From assembly GCA_020137815.1 (NCBI GenBank), contig CM035361.1, positions 5,642,001-5,706,000 of the forward strand: a stretch of DNA of 64,000 nucleotides. The letters run 5' to 3'. Below are positions 12,401 through 23,782 of this stretch, piece by piece. The notes below the pieces were generated by a model. That model saw only the letters and a list, made by a program, of their open reading frames with translations. It did no database searches and was not told the origin of the DNA. The position numbers were made by a program, and so were the translations under genes. The DNA comes from Hormiphora californensis (Eukaryota > Animalia > Ctenophora). Position 1 is the stretch's first letter. Each line of letters opens with the position of its first letter.

Positions 12401-15400
12401 ATCATACCAAAAAGAAGAGAAACTAGTACCAAAAACCAATCAAATTGGTTTGGATGACCTGGGGCCCAAAGGCGTCGGGATGCAAAATGTTGGTAGGATA
12501 AAACATTACTTTTGTAGGAAAATCTAAAAATGCGTCAAGAAAAACACTATTGTAGCTGGTGAAGGTCGCATCCCGACGCCTTTGGGCCCCGGGTCATCCA
12601 AACCAATTTGATTGGTTTTTGGTACTAGTAACTAACTACACGTCTCTCACCCAGGTACATTGTTTATATCTCCTGAACTCTTCAGTTCGTCAGCAGTCCG
12701 TGGTAGTCTGGTAGAGGTTGTCAAATTGTAATGTCAGTCAGTATAATATTGTCAAAATGTAATGAGGAATTAAGAAATTATTGGCCCCCTTTCTCTGTTG
12801 TATTATATATGTGTGTGCAGGTAAAATATTGGGTACAGTGCAGTACACAACGCCCAAATAAAACAATTTGAAATGACGTCAAAAAATGACGACACAAAAT
12901 GACGTCACAAAGTGGTAATGACGTCACAAAATGACGTCACACTACGTACGATTGGAGGATGGTATGCTGCCTGTGACTTGATGTTTTGTTTCGCATTAAT
13001 TTGGGAGTCTGACTTCGTCTCTTTTCCGCTAGATTACTTCGCTTCCTGTAGAGAGATATTTAGTTAATCAATTAGTGTGAAACTATTTATCACATCTGAC
13101 CACACGTCACCATAAATATTCATGATTTTTTCCCCGCCCGGTGAATGCCGAAGGCATTCACCCGGATGCCTTTTGTAAAAAGGCATAGGGGTTTAGAATT
13201 CGACAATTTTATTTTACATACTAGTGAAGTGTCACGCTTTTTTTGTAACGTAACCCGCTCAGTTGCGAGGGACAACGATGTTGCTCCTTCATCAAATACT
13301 TCAATGGCACGTTTTCAGGAAATGTGAGCCGTGCAATGTGGCGCACAATTTAGTGATACTAAAACACAATGATTTGTTCTATACGGTTTGACTGATTCAT
13401 AGATGATCGGAAATGCCTGTCCCGCCTTCCCATTAGATGGTTATGAAAATAAAGGTTGGCGGGGAAACATAGCATTATGAAACATAATGCAGTTATTCTT
13501 GTTATGCTGTTTTATTTTAATCAAAGTTTAATGTTGGAAGTAATAATAAAAGAATGATAAAATCCTTACTTTTCCATTTCCTCAAAGTGGTTCAGTATCA
13601 GGGTGTCCAATATCGGTCCATCATCATCACCACCTATCCTGGGAGCCTTGGAGAACATCGTATAACCATCCTTTCCCCGGGATATGTACTCCTTTACAGC
13701 TACCTTGTATACCTAGAGAGAGATATTGTACATTGTACATTGTGTACCTAGAGAGAAATACATTGTATGTTGTACATTGTATACCTAGAGAGAAATACAT
13801 TGTAATGTACATTGTATACCTACAGAAATACATTGTATACATTGTATGTTGTACATTGTACATACATTCTTTGTATACACAGCCATGTTTGGGGTTTATA
13901 AATTGAGATTATAGATGTGTGTAACTGGGTTCAAAACTAATCTATATATTAGCTGAGGGATCAGATAATAAAACAAAGAGACATTAACATGGAAAACACA
14001 ATTGAGAAGACACAATTGTCACAAACACACAAGTGCTAACCTTATCCATATCAATTGGTGAACCTAGTACTCGAACTGTATCTGTTAGGACTCTACTTCC
14101 AGGGTCCCTTGCAGGATCAAACCTGTCGGGGGAGAATTAGGTTGATATATGAAGTGAGGGGGGTGGGGGGTAGTGGGTACTGGTGGGGGAGAATTAGGTT
14201 AATATTTATTGGGGTTATGATCAGCTGTTTGTTAGATTTTAGGATTGATAACTGATCAAGGACCGGGGTGTGTTGAGTATCTCTCTTCACTTCTCCCACT
14301 TTGCCAGTTTGCCGGTCGGTTATAGCTGTCATGGGTTCAAGGTGGCATAATGAATAAGGGGGTCCATGATACCCCCTTGAATTCCATTATATAACTGATA
14401 AGGGGCTTTGGGGACATTATTGTGTGTAAATGGTTATTATATTCTATTTCATGATGGTAAGAGCTGTCTCTCTCCCTCTCTCTCCCTCTCCCCTCTCCTA
14501 CAAAGAATGGAAAATGTAGAAGAGAGTTAACGAGTCTCTCTATCCCCCCATTGTCCTCTATTAATAACTATTCATCTGGTGCAAGTATATAGCTCACAAT
14601 CACCTTGGAGAGCTAGGCTATATAATAACCCTTATTATAGAGAGCAAAAACTCAACTCGCTTTATTATATTTTCAGTCCTTGCCATTCTTGTCTTTAGAT
14701 AATTCTTTTGCTCGTGATCAATATAATACCAACCTGATTCCGGATTTGTGGTTGTTTTATTGAGGATGACACAGGTTGTGGTACAATTACTGTTGGTGGC
14801 TGTTATTCTGGTTGCACTACCCCACTACGCAGCTGCCACAGGTAATATATATTGAATATTGGAATAATATTGGGGTTTAGGGGGATCGCGATCTGCTTCC
14901 TCCCCCCCCCCCCCCACCCCCTCCACTCTATCATAATACTAGTAGTAGTAACTAAACCAATACAGACCAATGGTTGGTGACAAGAAAATAAATGGTCGAT
15001 TTAAAATCAACCCAATTCTTCCATCCCCCTCCACTCTATCATAATTGATAATACTAGTACATAGTAGTAACTAAACCAATTATACAGACCAATGGTCGAT
15101 TTAAAATCAACCCAATTATATTCCATTCAGTCTGGATACCAGTTACGTTAAATGCAGAGATACCTTGGGACCTAGAAAATGTCCCAATCGAATTCAAAAC
15201 CGACTCAACACTTGGCAGTAAGGATTACGTTAGGTTTGCTTTTGTGAAGATAAAACACGATGGCACCAGCGAATGGCTGACAGCGTTGTGGATTAGATTT
15301 TATGGAAATGTAATAGGAATATCCATCGGGGCTTGTTCCAACTCTAACAAGAATATTGACATGACTCAGTGCCAGGGCAATGAACGGGTCTGGAGGGTCC

Positions 15401-18400
15401 AAAAAGGAGAGGACACTTTAGAGACGTTCTGTAATGGAGTGTCTATCTTCAACTACCAGATTAGTGAGGGGACAGGGAATTGTAGGGAGAAGCTGCAGGG
15501 AGATATAGTAGATGCGATAAAATTTGCTACATATAGCGAAGCAGATGGTGGTCCTGCAGCAGACTTCTATAGAGGATTAAGTATACGTAAGTAAATCATA
15601 ATAACAGAAACATATTGGTAGGTTACAGCGCTTTTAATTGGGGACAGTTACTTGGGCCATATAATATGATAGTTGCCTTGATCGACCCTCTTTCCATGCA
15701 GGGAGGGTTAGAACATATTATACAGTCGGACCCCGATTTACCGAAACTGGGGAATCGGGGTCCGACTGTATATTAATATAATGGAATGTGCAGAGGGTTA
15801 GAACATGTACATATATGCAATGGATATATGTTGAAAAAGATGGGCATCTTTTTCAATGTAAATTCCTGTTGTGTGTCACGTGACTGGTTATCAGCCAATC
15901 AGGGACCAGTATTTCCTGATTCGGTCGGTTCCTGTTGTGTGGTAAGCTACAGGCGTTATAACAAGAGTTCACTAGATCGTAAGTTGCCACAAAGCTGTAC
16001 AGGCTATCTGACGGCCATTCTCAGACCTCAGTGCGGGTCCGGTAATGCTGTTTTTGACGATGATGGTGTGTATTATAATAATCGGGTGGGGGGGGGGGCA
16101 AAAAATAATCACAATGAAAAGAATTCCCATAAAAACAGGTTAACAACTTACGTGAACGAGACGCCTGAGACCTGTGGGAATCTCCCTTCCAATTCTGGGT
16201 ATTTTGATACACCGTTCTCTAGTGCTCCTATAACTTGGGATCCTGAAGAGGAGGGGGGATTTGTCAAGTGAATCCTGAGGAGTTGAGAATTGTCAGGCAC
16301 TGACTTAGCGGTGTGGAGAGGACAGTCTTGTATGAGAGGGGGATGCGGGTGGTAAGGAGAAGCTGGTGTGTTTATCTTGGTCTTATATATCCGTTCTTTT
16401 AGTGCTAACCTCAAAGTGTAGTATTGGTCACGTGAGTCGTTAGTTTAATTATTTAGTTATCTAAATAATCAATAAGTTAACTAACCTGTGCATTCTAGAA
16501 GTAACAACTCATCGAAAATTGGGAGGATTTTCTTAAGATCCTTCATACGGAGCTCCCCTGCTGGAAACAAATGGTCTGCTCTTAACGTACCGCTGAAAAC
16601 AGGTAATAAAATAATTAGTGATATTATATTAGTTAATAGTACAATAATTAATAGTTGTTAGTGCAGTCATTAGTCACAGAGTAATTAAAGTGAATATAAC
16701 GGGATAATTAAGGGATAATGAACGGGAAAGGGTTTCGCCCTCCAAGTCCATACCTATTCAGTATACTGTTATACTCCATACCTGTTCAGTAGTGCCACAT
16801 CAGCCTTCATTGCGACCCTCATGACATCCGTTATGAAGTTACCTGCAGGTGAAATGTATTAGACATGTTAACTCATGTTAACACATGTTAACACATGTTA
16901 ACTCATGTTAACTCATGGACTAAGTAGCATGTTAACTCATGTTAACTCTGGAAGAAACAGGTGATTTTATATAGTTATTCAAAACTAATTAATCGTACTT
17001 TTACTTTAGTTAATATTTCCTTATCTCTCCTCTTTACAATTACCTGTATTGCACTCCCGTGTTCTAATGTGTGCAAATCGTGTTTCCAAGTCAACTGAAA
17101 ACACTCCAACCACTTTCTCCAGTTCTCCTGACATTTTACCTGCCATGGTTAGGGGGTAATTAGTTAATTAAATGAGTAATTAATTAAGTAGTTAAATAGT
17201 TAAAGAAACTTAATCGAGTAATAAAGTAATCAAGTGTTATCATTCTGATCTCACCTCCCCCTTACCATTGTATTCGTTGACAACTTCAATCATTTTGGGG
17301 CAACAGGGAAGATCAGATGTTACCTCTAGCTTTTCTACTACCGTCTTTATCTGAAGAGGTTAACAACTTTGAAAACTGTGTCCGTTATTGAACCGTTTTT
17401 TGACTTTTGAGTTCACATTACAGCTAACCCGGTCGCTTGTAGTGGGAAAACGGTAATGGAGAACGGAGATACGGTAAGAAGTACGGACACTGGACAGCGG
17501 GTATAATATTCCAATCTATACATACCGGGTGGTCGGGAGATATCCTAACTGTTACTTTTGAGAATTCTCTGAAATCTGTTCCACTCTTGACAATTGTCCT
17601 GTGATTCCTCTGAAAATGGGGGAGAATTTAACTTTTAGTCAACAAAAGTTCACTGTTCATGGACACACAAATGCATAATGTTTTCGGGGAAATTGTCTGT
17701 CTAATATTGTATTTGTACTTTGTCAGTAGTTGTTGTAACTGTATTGTCAATAGAAAAAGGGTCTCGTCCTTTAAGTGTGAAAAAGTCAACCTTTCCATCT
17801 GCATCCAGCTGTATTTCCATCTGTCAGTAAACAAGTGTCAGTTATTGTCAGTCAGTCAGACTCTGAATTATAATAATCTCAAAATCTCTGACTCAGAGAT
17901 TTTGAGATTATTATAATTCAATGTTTGTTGTTCAAAAGCTACAATACAATTGCATTGTTTCAACTGATTTTGAACTATAACCTCCCTATCCCTACCTCTT
18001 CAACTCCATAGTTATGATCGTGCCCTCCCAAAACTAAATCCACGTGCTTTGCACACACTGCCAGTCGTCTATCATTATTCCACCTCATGTGAGTCAGTGC
18101 TATCACTATATCACATCCCTTTTCCTCCTTTAACATTGCTCCTGAGAGTGTTAGGGGTGATAACAAGAAGATATCATATTGCTAGTATAACAGTAAATCG
18201 TGGATAGCGGTTTTCTTGCAACTGCAGGAGCGCTTGTCAGCGCTAATGTCTCCTCTCATCCGCGCGCGCGTGTTCAAAGCTCTAGGCGCGGTCGTCAGGT
18301 GAGTGTTGTCAAAAAAGTAGGTGTAAAAGAGGCACGCCGCGCGTTCCATACAGTCGTTAGATTTCTAATCTTGCACAGTGCACTTTTGCAGAAATCTTGC

Positions 18401-21400
18401 AGTCAAAATAAATCGTCTTTTTATAAGGGGTGTCCCGAAAAAACATGCCCAATATAAAGAGGAAAGAAACACCCTTTACTAACCGTAGCTATCAGCTGAT
18501 TCGAGGTAGTCAGTGTAAATAATTTCATCCATTTCGATAGTAGATAGAGTTTCCATCCAACCCAATTCAACTAAACCAAGCAACCCTATCTGGAAATATG
18601 AGATTAGTTGTCAGACACTGACTGTTATACACCACGCAACCTCGGCCCGGTGCGAAGAGGAAGGTCTTATATGAGACAAGATATTAGGAATTGAGTAGAA
18701 CCATATCTGGAAATATGAGATTTAGAAAAGAGTTGAATTCAGATACAGACATGGTGTACACTATGAAGGGGGAAACGAACCATAAAGACTGGGATAGTCA
18801 GACTGCCAAGAATTGAAAAGTTTGGTAATTGGCCGGTATAATTACGAGGTATTAGCCCATTCTGGTAGTACAATTGACAAATCAGATACCACGCTGCATT
18901 CTAGCGGTATCATACATAGATCGACCACACCTCCCTTGATGTTCTAACCGAGTGAGGGAGGGTCGACCACACCTCCCGTGCAATCTTGTTTACATGATCG
19001 TATTTTGTCAAACTAATGAAATCTTATGGGGCGAATGCAGATGTAATGAAAACAATAAACAACAACTTCAAGTACTATACATATAAGGAGGAAGGTTAAC
19101 TGTCTGGTGACGTCATCATTTCCAAGGAACTATAACTGTGATGTCACTAATAATTTACTGGAGAATTCACCGCAACATTCAATGCCCCCCCCCCCCCCTT
19201 TTCCGTGATACAGCTCTAATATAAACAAGTTTGCAAACTGCAACTGCAGGGCGTGCAGCTGCAACTGATGTGGGAAAAATAAGAGAGAAGTAGAAAGATA
19301 GGGGTCAATCATGTGGCTGCAGAGTTTAACATCTGTCAAACCGTGGACACAGGTACATGTTATGTAATACAGGGAGTGATAAATGTTAGCACGGGGAGGT
19401 CTCAAAAAACAAGAAAGATAGATAGAGAGAGAGGGATAGAAATTAGATAGAGATAATTGAATTTATTACCCGTATTCCACAGTGGTCAATAACAAGATAT
19501 TCCTGTCCGTTTCCAAGTGGTTCTCCCGTTTCCCTGGGATTGATGTTACATGTTAGAGGGATTACATATATGTAATCTAACATCCCTCTAACATGTAATA
19601 ATGTATATTACATGTTGGAATGTTACATGTGGATACATCATACAGGATAAAAAGTCTAAGCTCCAAGCCTCCTTTACAAATTGTGTCGTCGCGGCTCGAA
19701 GTGAGAGAGGATCGAGCAGTAAAAGTTAAAAAAGAGGGACGTGGTGGATCGAACGACCACAGGTAGTCTTCAGACCTATAACAGCATATAATATTGTATC
19801 AGCTTTAAAAGACTCGATACACACATAGTTGTAGTAACAAGCATTGTTTTACACTTTTACAGTGTATGTGTACAGGTGTGTATATTTGTTCAAGTTTGTC
19901 TGCGTGTGTGTGTATGTGTAAAGTAGTACAAAGGTGTGCAACTATGCACTCGTTTATACATCAACATGTGTGATGAGTACACAATTCACACTCCTTATTT
20001 TTTGTACTTGGCCATTGATGACCGACAGTATACGACTAGAGTTTAAAGTGTGTAGTTGTACTTTAAGCAATACTAAAAGTAATACTTTTTAACACTTTTT
20101 GTCACACAAACGAGAACACACAAACACACGCACACACACAATTTCACTCAGTCTAACTCAATAAACACACATACTGCGACACGCCAAGGCACATTCTCTG
20201 CTTCAGCGTTTGTAAAAATACACATGTTTTACAAAACACATGTTTTACAAAACACATGAACTATTTGTGTAGCTGTGAAGTGCTTTGAGGATTGTAAATT
20301 TCTAACCTTTTAATGTATTTTCTAGGTTGAATAATTGTGGGAGGAATTCAGAAGAGAGAGAGGTAGAAAGAGATGGAGAGCGCCAAAGCGGAATAAGAAG
20401 TAGTTTCAATAACAATAATCTGTAAAATCTTAACACACGTCTGCAGACATACTTATCGATAACATTAGTCATCAGCCAGGGAAAGTTGGTAGCACCTTTC
20501 AGTTCTAATAAATCATCTAAACCGAAATCTGAAAAGAACGAGATGTGTATTTTTTAAAAGTTTTGGGGGGGGGGCGGAGAGGGTCCACTGGACTACTTTA
20601 GTAAGGCAGGTCCAGCCCTTAGTCCAGTTTAGACCGTCGGCCAAATTCAGGGTACCGTTTGACTTTTTTAGGACTCGACCCCCCCCCCCCCACCGGCCCC
20701 TATAGTTTTTTAGAAGTACATTGAAGGAGGCGTGAACTTTGAATTTAGTAACTTGTTACTACTAGTTTGGCTAATACGTCAATCGTTAGACAATGCCAGT
20801 GACATCCAACCGTTATTTCTCCGGTTGGCTGGCACTACCTAGAATAACGACTTTATGGTATAAACGGGTTTTATATTCAACTAATTATCAGTCCGGATAG
20901 CACGGTTGACTGTCAAAACAATAACAAGAGCTTGTCGATAATCGTCACTGATTTAACAACTTTCGGCAATATTCTATTGGTGTTAGCCAGATTTTCTCTC
21001 CCAAAAAGTACAGAATCTCTAGCACACTGAACCAGGAACCGACCGAATAAGGAAGTACTGGCCCCTGATTGGCTGATAACCAGTCACGTGACCTAAATAA
21101 CGAGTTCTGATTGGTTGTTGCCACAAGACCCTTACCGAAATCATGGTTGCCATACACAGCAGCGGATATATTCAGAGCGTTTAGGACTGGAACCATTTGA
21201 ATACCCTTGAACAGCGTGCTCACTGAGAGAGGGGGATGAGGAGTGAGATTTAGCTTTACAGGTGCTCTCATTGTTTTTGTCTTTTTCAACAACAAAAAAC
21301 TCAACTAAAAATCACAGTATTAATTCTACAATAAAAAACGCGTCTATCATTTTTCTCAGCCGGAACTCGGAAGGAGAAATCAAAACTTATTCACTAATCA

Positions 21401-22098
21401 TGTTTATCATACTTACTAGATGAAGGGTTGAATGCGTCCCCACTGAATAAAACTATGAGCTCCGGGTCAGCTGCTACCATATCCCTAATTTTCTGGACAA
21501 ATCTTGCTGCCCCTCCGATCGGTTCCTGACCCTCAGTTCCATCCTGCAAAATAAGGGATAACTTGGATAAAGAGCCATCCTGCAAAATAAGGGAGGTATA
21601 TAACTTGGATAAAGAGCCATCCTGCAAAATAAGGGAGGGATATAACTTGGATAAAGAGCCATCCTGCAAAATAAGGGAGGGATATAACTTGGATAAAGAG
21701 CCATCCTGCAAGGGAGGGATATAACTTGGATACAGAGCCATCCTGCAAAATAAGGGAGGGGGATAACTTGGATACAGAGCCATCTAACTTAACAGGGGGC
21801 GGTTGGAAAGTGGAAACTCCCGCCTGGAACCTGATAGTGATACCATGTTGCGTGACATGAATCTCTCTATCTATAGAGCTCTCAATTCTCTTGCAATGCA
21901 CACTTTGGGATTTTATGACGTTATGTATGTGATACATATGTGTATAAAAGAAATGTGCAAGCCTAATCAATGCACACGCATTAATTGACTGTTTATGTAC
22001 GTTCCATAGTTTTGGACGGTGTCCAAATTAAAAGTGATACACAGGTGCAGCTGTACAGGAAGAGGGGAGAGTGAGAGAGAGAAAGAGAAAAAGAGAGA

Positions 22099-22196
<98 letters not shown>

Positions 22197-22701
22197 GAGA
22201 GAAAGGTGAATTATGAAAGCATATCATCGTCACATGCGATAAACAACCAGGATGGTTCAGCCATGAAAACAGTATATCTCATGCTCCTTTCTCGGAACGT
22301 GTTCATTGCACGTCGCGGGCTGCCCGGCCGCCAGCCCTCCAAACCCGGGTGAAAATGCTAACAACAGTGAAATTACATGAGATAAACTACATCGCGTGCA
22401 TGTAATTTCACTGTTGTTAGCATTTTTACCCGGGTTTGGAGGGCTGGCGGGATAGCCCGCGATGTGCAATGACTACTCCAACGTGTTTCGAAAATGCAGC
22501 ACCAGGCTTGAAGAAAATGATCTTTAGTTTAGAAAATAGACCAGCGGACTCTAAATTTACTAACTTTACCTCAATATTGTAGACATCGTTAAAATGTATT
22601 ATCTTTAAAATTCCACTGCTCTCCACTGCACCATTAGTATCGGTATGGTTTCCATTGGTCTGGGCGGCTGAATTAAAATCTCTGCTAACCCTGCACCCCA
22701 T
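9447..22701 (-). CDS. Calcineurin-like metallophosphoesterase / 5'-nucleotidase (UshA/CD73 superfamily), ~19 exons, N-terminal MGCRVS
   Basis: Approximate in-phase GT-AG exons: 22570-22701 (IIHFNDVYNIE), 21415-21543 (GGAARF..FSGDAFNPS), 21136-21223 (VYGNHDF), 20454-20528 (FPWLMTNV), 19470-19533, 18484-18589, 17996-18141 (IALTHMR..VLGGHDH), 17526-17609 (VKSGTDFR), 17266-17350, 17044-17139, 16782-16842 (GNFITD), 16486-16592 (GTLRAD), 16152-16242 (LENGVSKYPELEGRFPQVSG), 14041-14122, 13569-13712 (GKDGY), 12950-13045, 12651-12707, 10866-10960, 9447-9490 (stop). Confidence 0.92.
9575..10576. mobile_element. ~1-kb foldback element, TAGTA...TACTA ends, 3-bp TSD (gtt), in last intron of the 5'-nucleotidase
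   Basis: Arms 9598-10058 and 10084-10543 are near-perfect reverse complements around a ~25-nt loop. Flanks read gtt|tagtaagg ... ccttacta|gtt. Confidence 0.88.
10732..10792. mobile_element. 61-bp micro-MITE with 8-bp TSD
   Basis: gtgctggg|ctgtctggcgcc...ggcgccgccatacag|gtgctggg. A homologous inverted copy lies at 37042-37098. Confidence 0.8.
11280..11460. repeat. ~53-bp tandem repeat (tgcactaaatactagttgagt..ctcaacaactaac), ~3 copies
   Basis: Unit visibly repeated. Confidence 0.7.
11464..12420. mobile_element. Composite non-coding element with ~150-bp subrepeats; related to 62723-63935
   Basis: Shares the cactgca..gtgccccgg start and gtcgatttatggggggtcg.ccccg.acaaaaa.tcgtatctcgcacc units with 62723-63935. 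Confidence 0.6.
12423..12628. mobile_element. MITE of the CTAG-taccaaaaaccaa terminus family
   Basis: ctagtaccaaaaaccaatcaaattggtttggatgacc...ggcgtcgggatgc is mirrored by gcatcccgacgcc...ggtttttggtactag. Confidence 0.82.
14766..15594 (+). CDS. Nested antisense gene: signal peptide plus one ~150-aa Cys-containing extracellular domain; exons 14766-14841 and 15131-15594 (possible extra exon 16025-16143)
   Basis: Exon 1 encodes MTQVVVQLLLVAVILVALPHYAAAT followed by ag|gtaat. Acceptor ttccattcag| joins in frame to VWIPVTLNAEIPWDLENVPIEFKTDSTLGS...VWRVQK..LETFCNGV...AADFYR. It lies inside the 14123-16151 intron of the minus-strand nucleotidase. Confidence 0.8.
15723..15768. mobile_element. 46-bp internally deleted copy of the CAGTCGGACCCC MITE
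   Basis: ta|cagtcggaccccgatttaccgaaactggggaatcggggtccgactg|ta. Confidence 0.85.
15875..15934. mobile_element. Partial copy of the CAGGAACCGACCGA MITE
   Basis: gtcacgtgactggttatcagccaatcagggaccagtatttcctgattcggtcggttcctg matches the right half of 52120-52228. Confidence 0.8.
17864..17920. repeat. Perfect 57-bp palindrome (28-bp arms, 1-nt loop)
   Basis: tgaattataataatctcaaaatctctga-c-tcagagattttgagattattataattca. Confidence 0.9.
21033..21119. mobile_element. Truncated inverted copy of the CAGGAACCGACCGA MITE
   Basis: Reverse complement of most of 52120-52228. Confidence 0.8.
21539..21785 (-). repeat. 36-42-bp tandem repeat, units carrying a copy of the 3' splice acceptor of nucleotidase exon 2
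   Basis: On the minus strand, (ccttatt)ttgcag|gatgg occurs six times, with spacings 36, 42, 42, 42 and 37, plus a degenerate seventh unit. Confidence 0.9.
22065..22203. repeat. (GA)n microsatellite
   Basis: Direct observation. Similar tracts at 27012-27128, 29464-29572, 52317-52429, 53937-53982, 55298-55410, 58371-58417 and 62395-62670. Confidence 0.95.
22302..22472. mobile_element. ~170-bp hairpin MITE
   Basis: tcattgcacgtcgcgggct..ccgccagccctccaaacccgggt..ctaacaacagtgaaattacatg is mirrored on the right arm, ending gcgatgtgcaatga. Confidence 0.75.
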
Positions 22702-23782
22702 AATATCATCCTCCTGTAAAGTCATGGTGCTGCTTGGTAGCGGGTGTTACATATTGTGGGAATATCCGGCGTCCATAGCGGGTTGAGATGATAGATAAAG
22801 ATACTCAATGGTTTAACAGTACGATCCGATTTATCACTGACGTCCGAATGGTTTTTTTAAAAAAAAACTAAAAAATCAGAGCTACATTAAAAATCACTTT
22901 AACAGCAATTCTTCACATTGATAAGCACTGCATTGGAAGTAGCCCCTGGACTTTGCCCTTATAACAGCTATAGGGGCCTTAAACCCCGCAGGAGCGGGGA
23001 GCTGCACCCTGGTCCCCGCTTGTCCCACATTATATCTCCCATCCACAACCCCAGAGACACTTTCTGGGCCGAAGGCCTGACGCCTTGGCAAACGCTGCTT
23101 GGGATAATGCAGCGCTTTTCAACCTGTAGAATGTAGCGAGCGAAAAAAAAACAACAAAAAACCAAAAACTCAAAACAACCAGAATAAATTATAATAAATT
23201 ACCCACACACCGTCATACTCTCATACTCCCTCTCTCTGCTCACTTGTCTCGAAAGTCTACATCTTCCACACTGACTGGGATAACCCTTCTCTTGGTTCCC
23301 CGAAGCGTAACAAAAAACAAAAACATTTTAAAAATCAAAATTTTTTCGGATCGAATTTTTTCACATTCGCGCGCAACAAAACTCTTAGTCGGTTGCGGCG
23401 GTGTTCAAGAATTCATAAATTCGCGCGTGACTGCAATAATCACTCCATGCCAATACAAGTTGGGCACGTCGGCCACTCCCTCCATTCGAAGCTTCCAAGG
23501 CTAGTCAGTCCAATCCAGTCAGAAAGAAGTAAAACAATCAAGTTTAAAAATAAAGTAGTAAAATAAATAGTGTGGTACCGCGATAACAATGTTTCAAGTT
23601 CACTCTTTACATAACACATGGGACAGCAAAAAACAGTCAAAAAAGATCAACACCGCCCACACCTAGAGATCACATTTGAAAACACCGCAACGCCAGTACA
23701 CCAGCACACACAAACAAATAACAAAACTCTCTCTCTCTCTCTGACTCTCTCGAAAAGAAGGAACACCGCGGGGGATGATAAA

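Noticed and set aside
21967-22233. SLSLSL / ERERER ORFs (also near 26981, 29374, 55258 and 62093)
   Set aside because: They are translations of (GA)n microsatellites.
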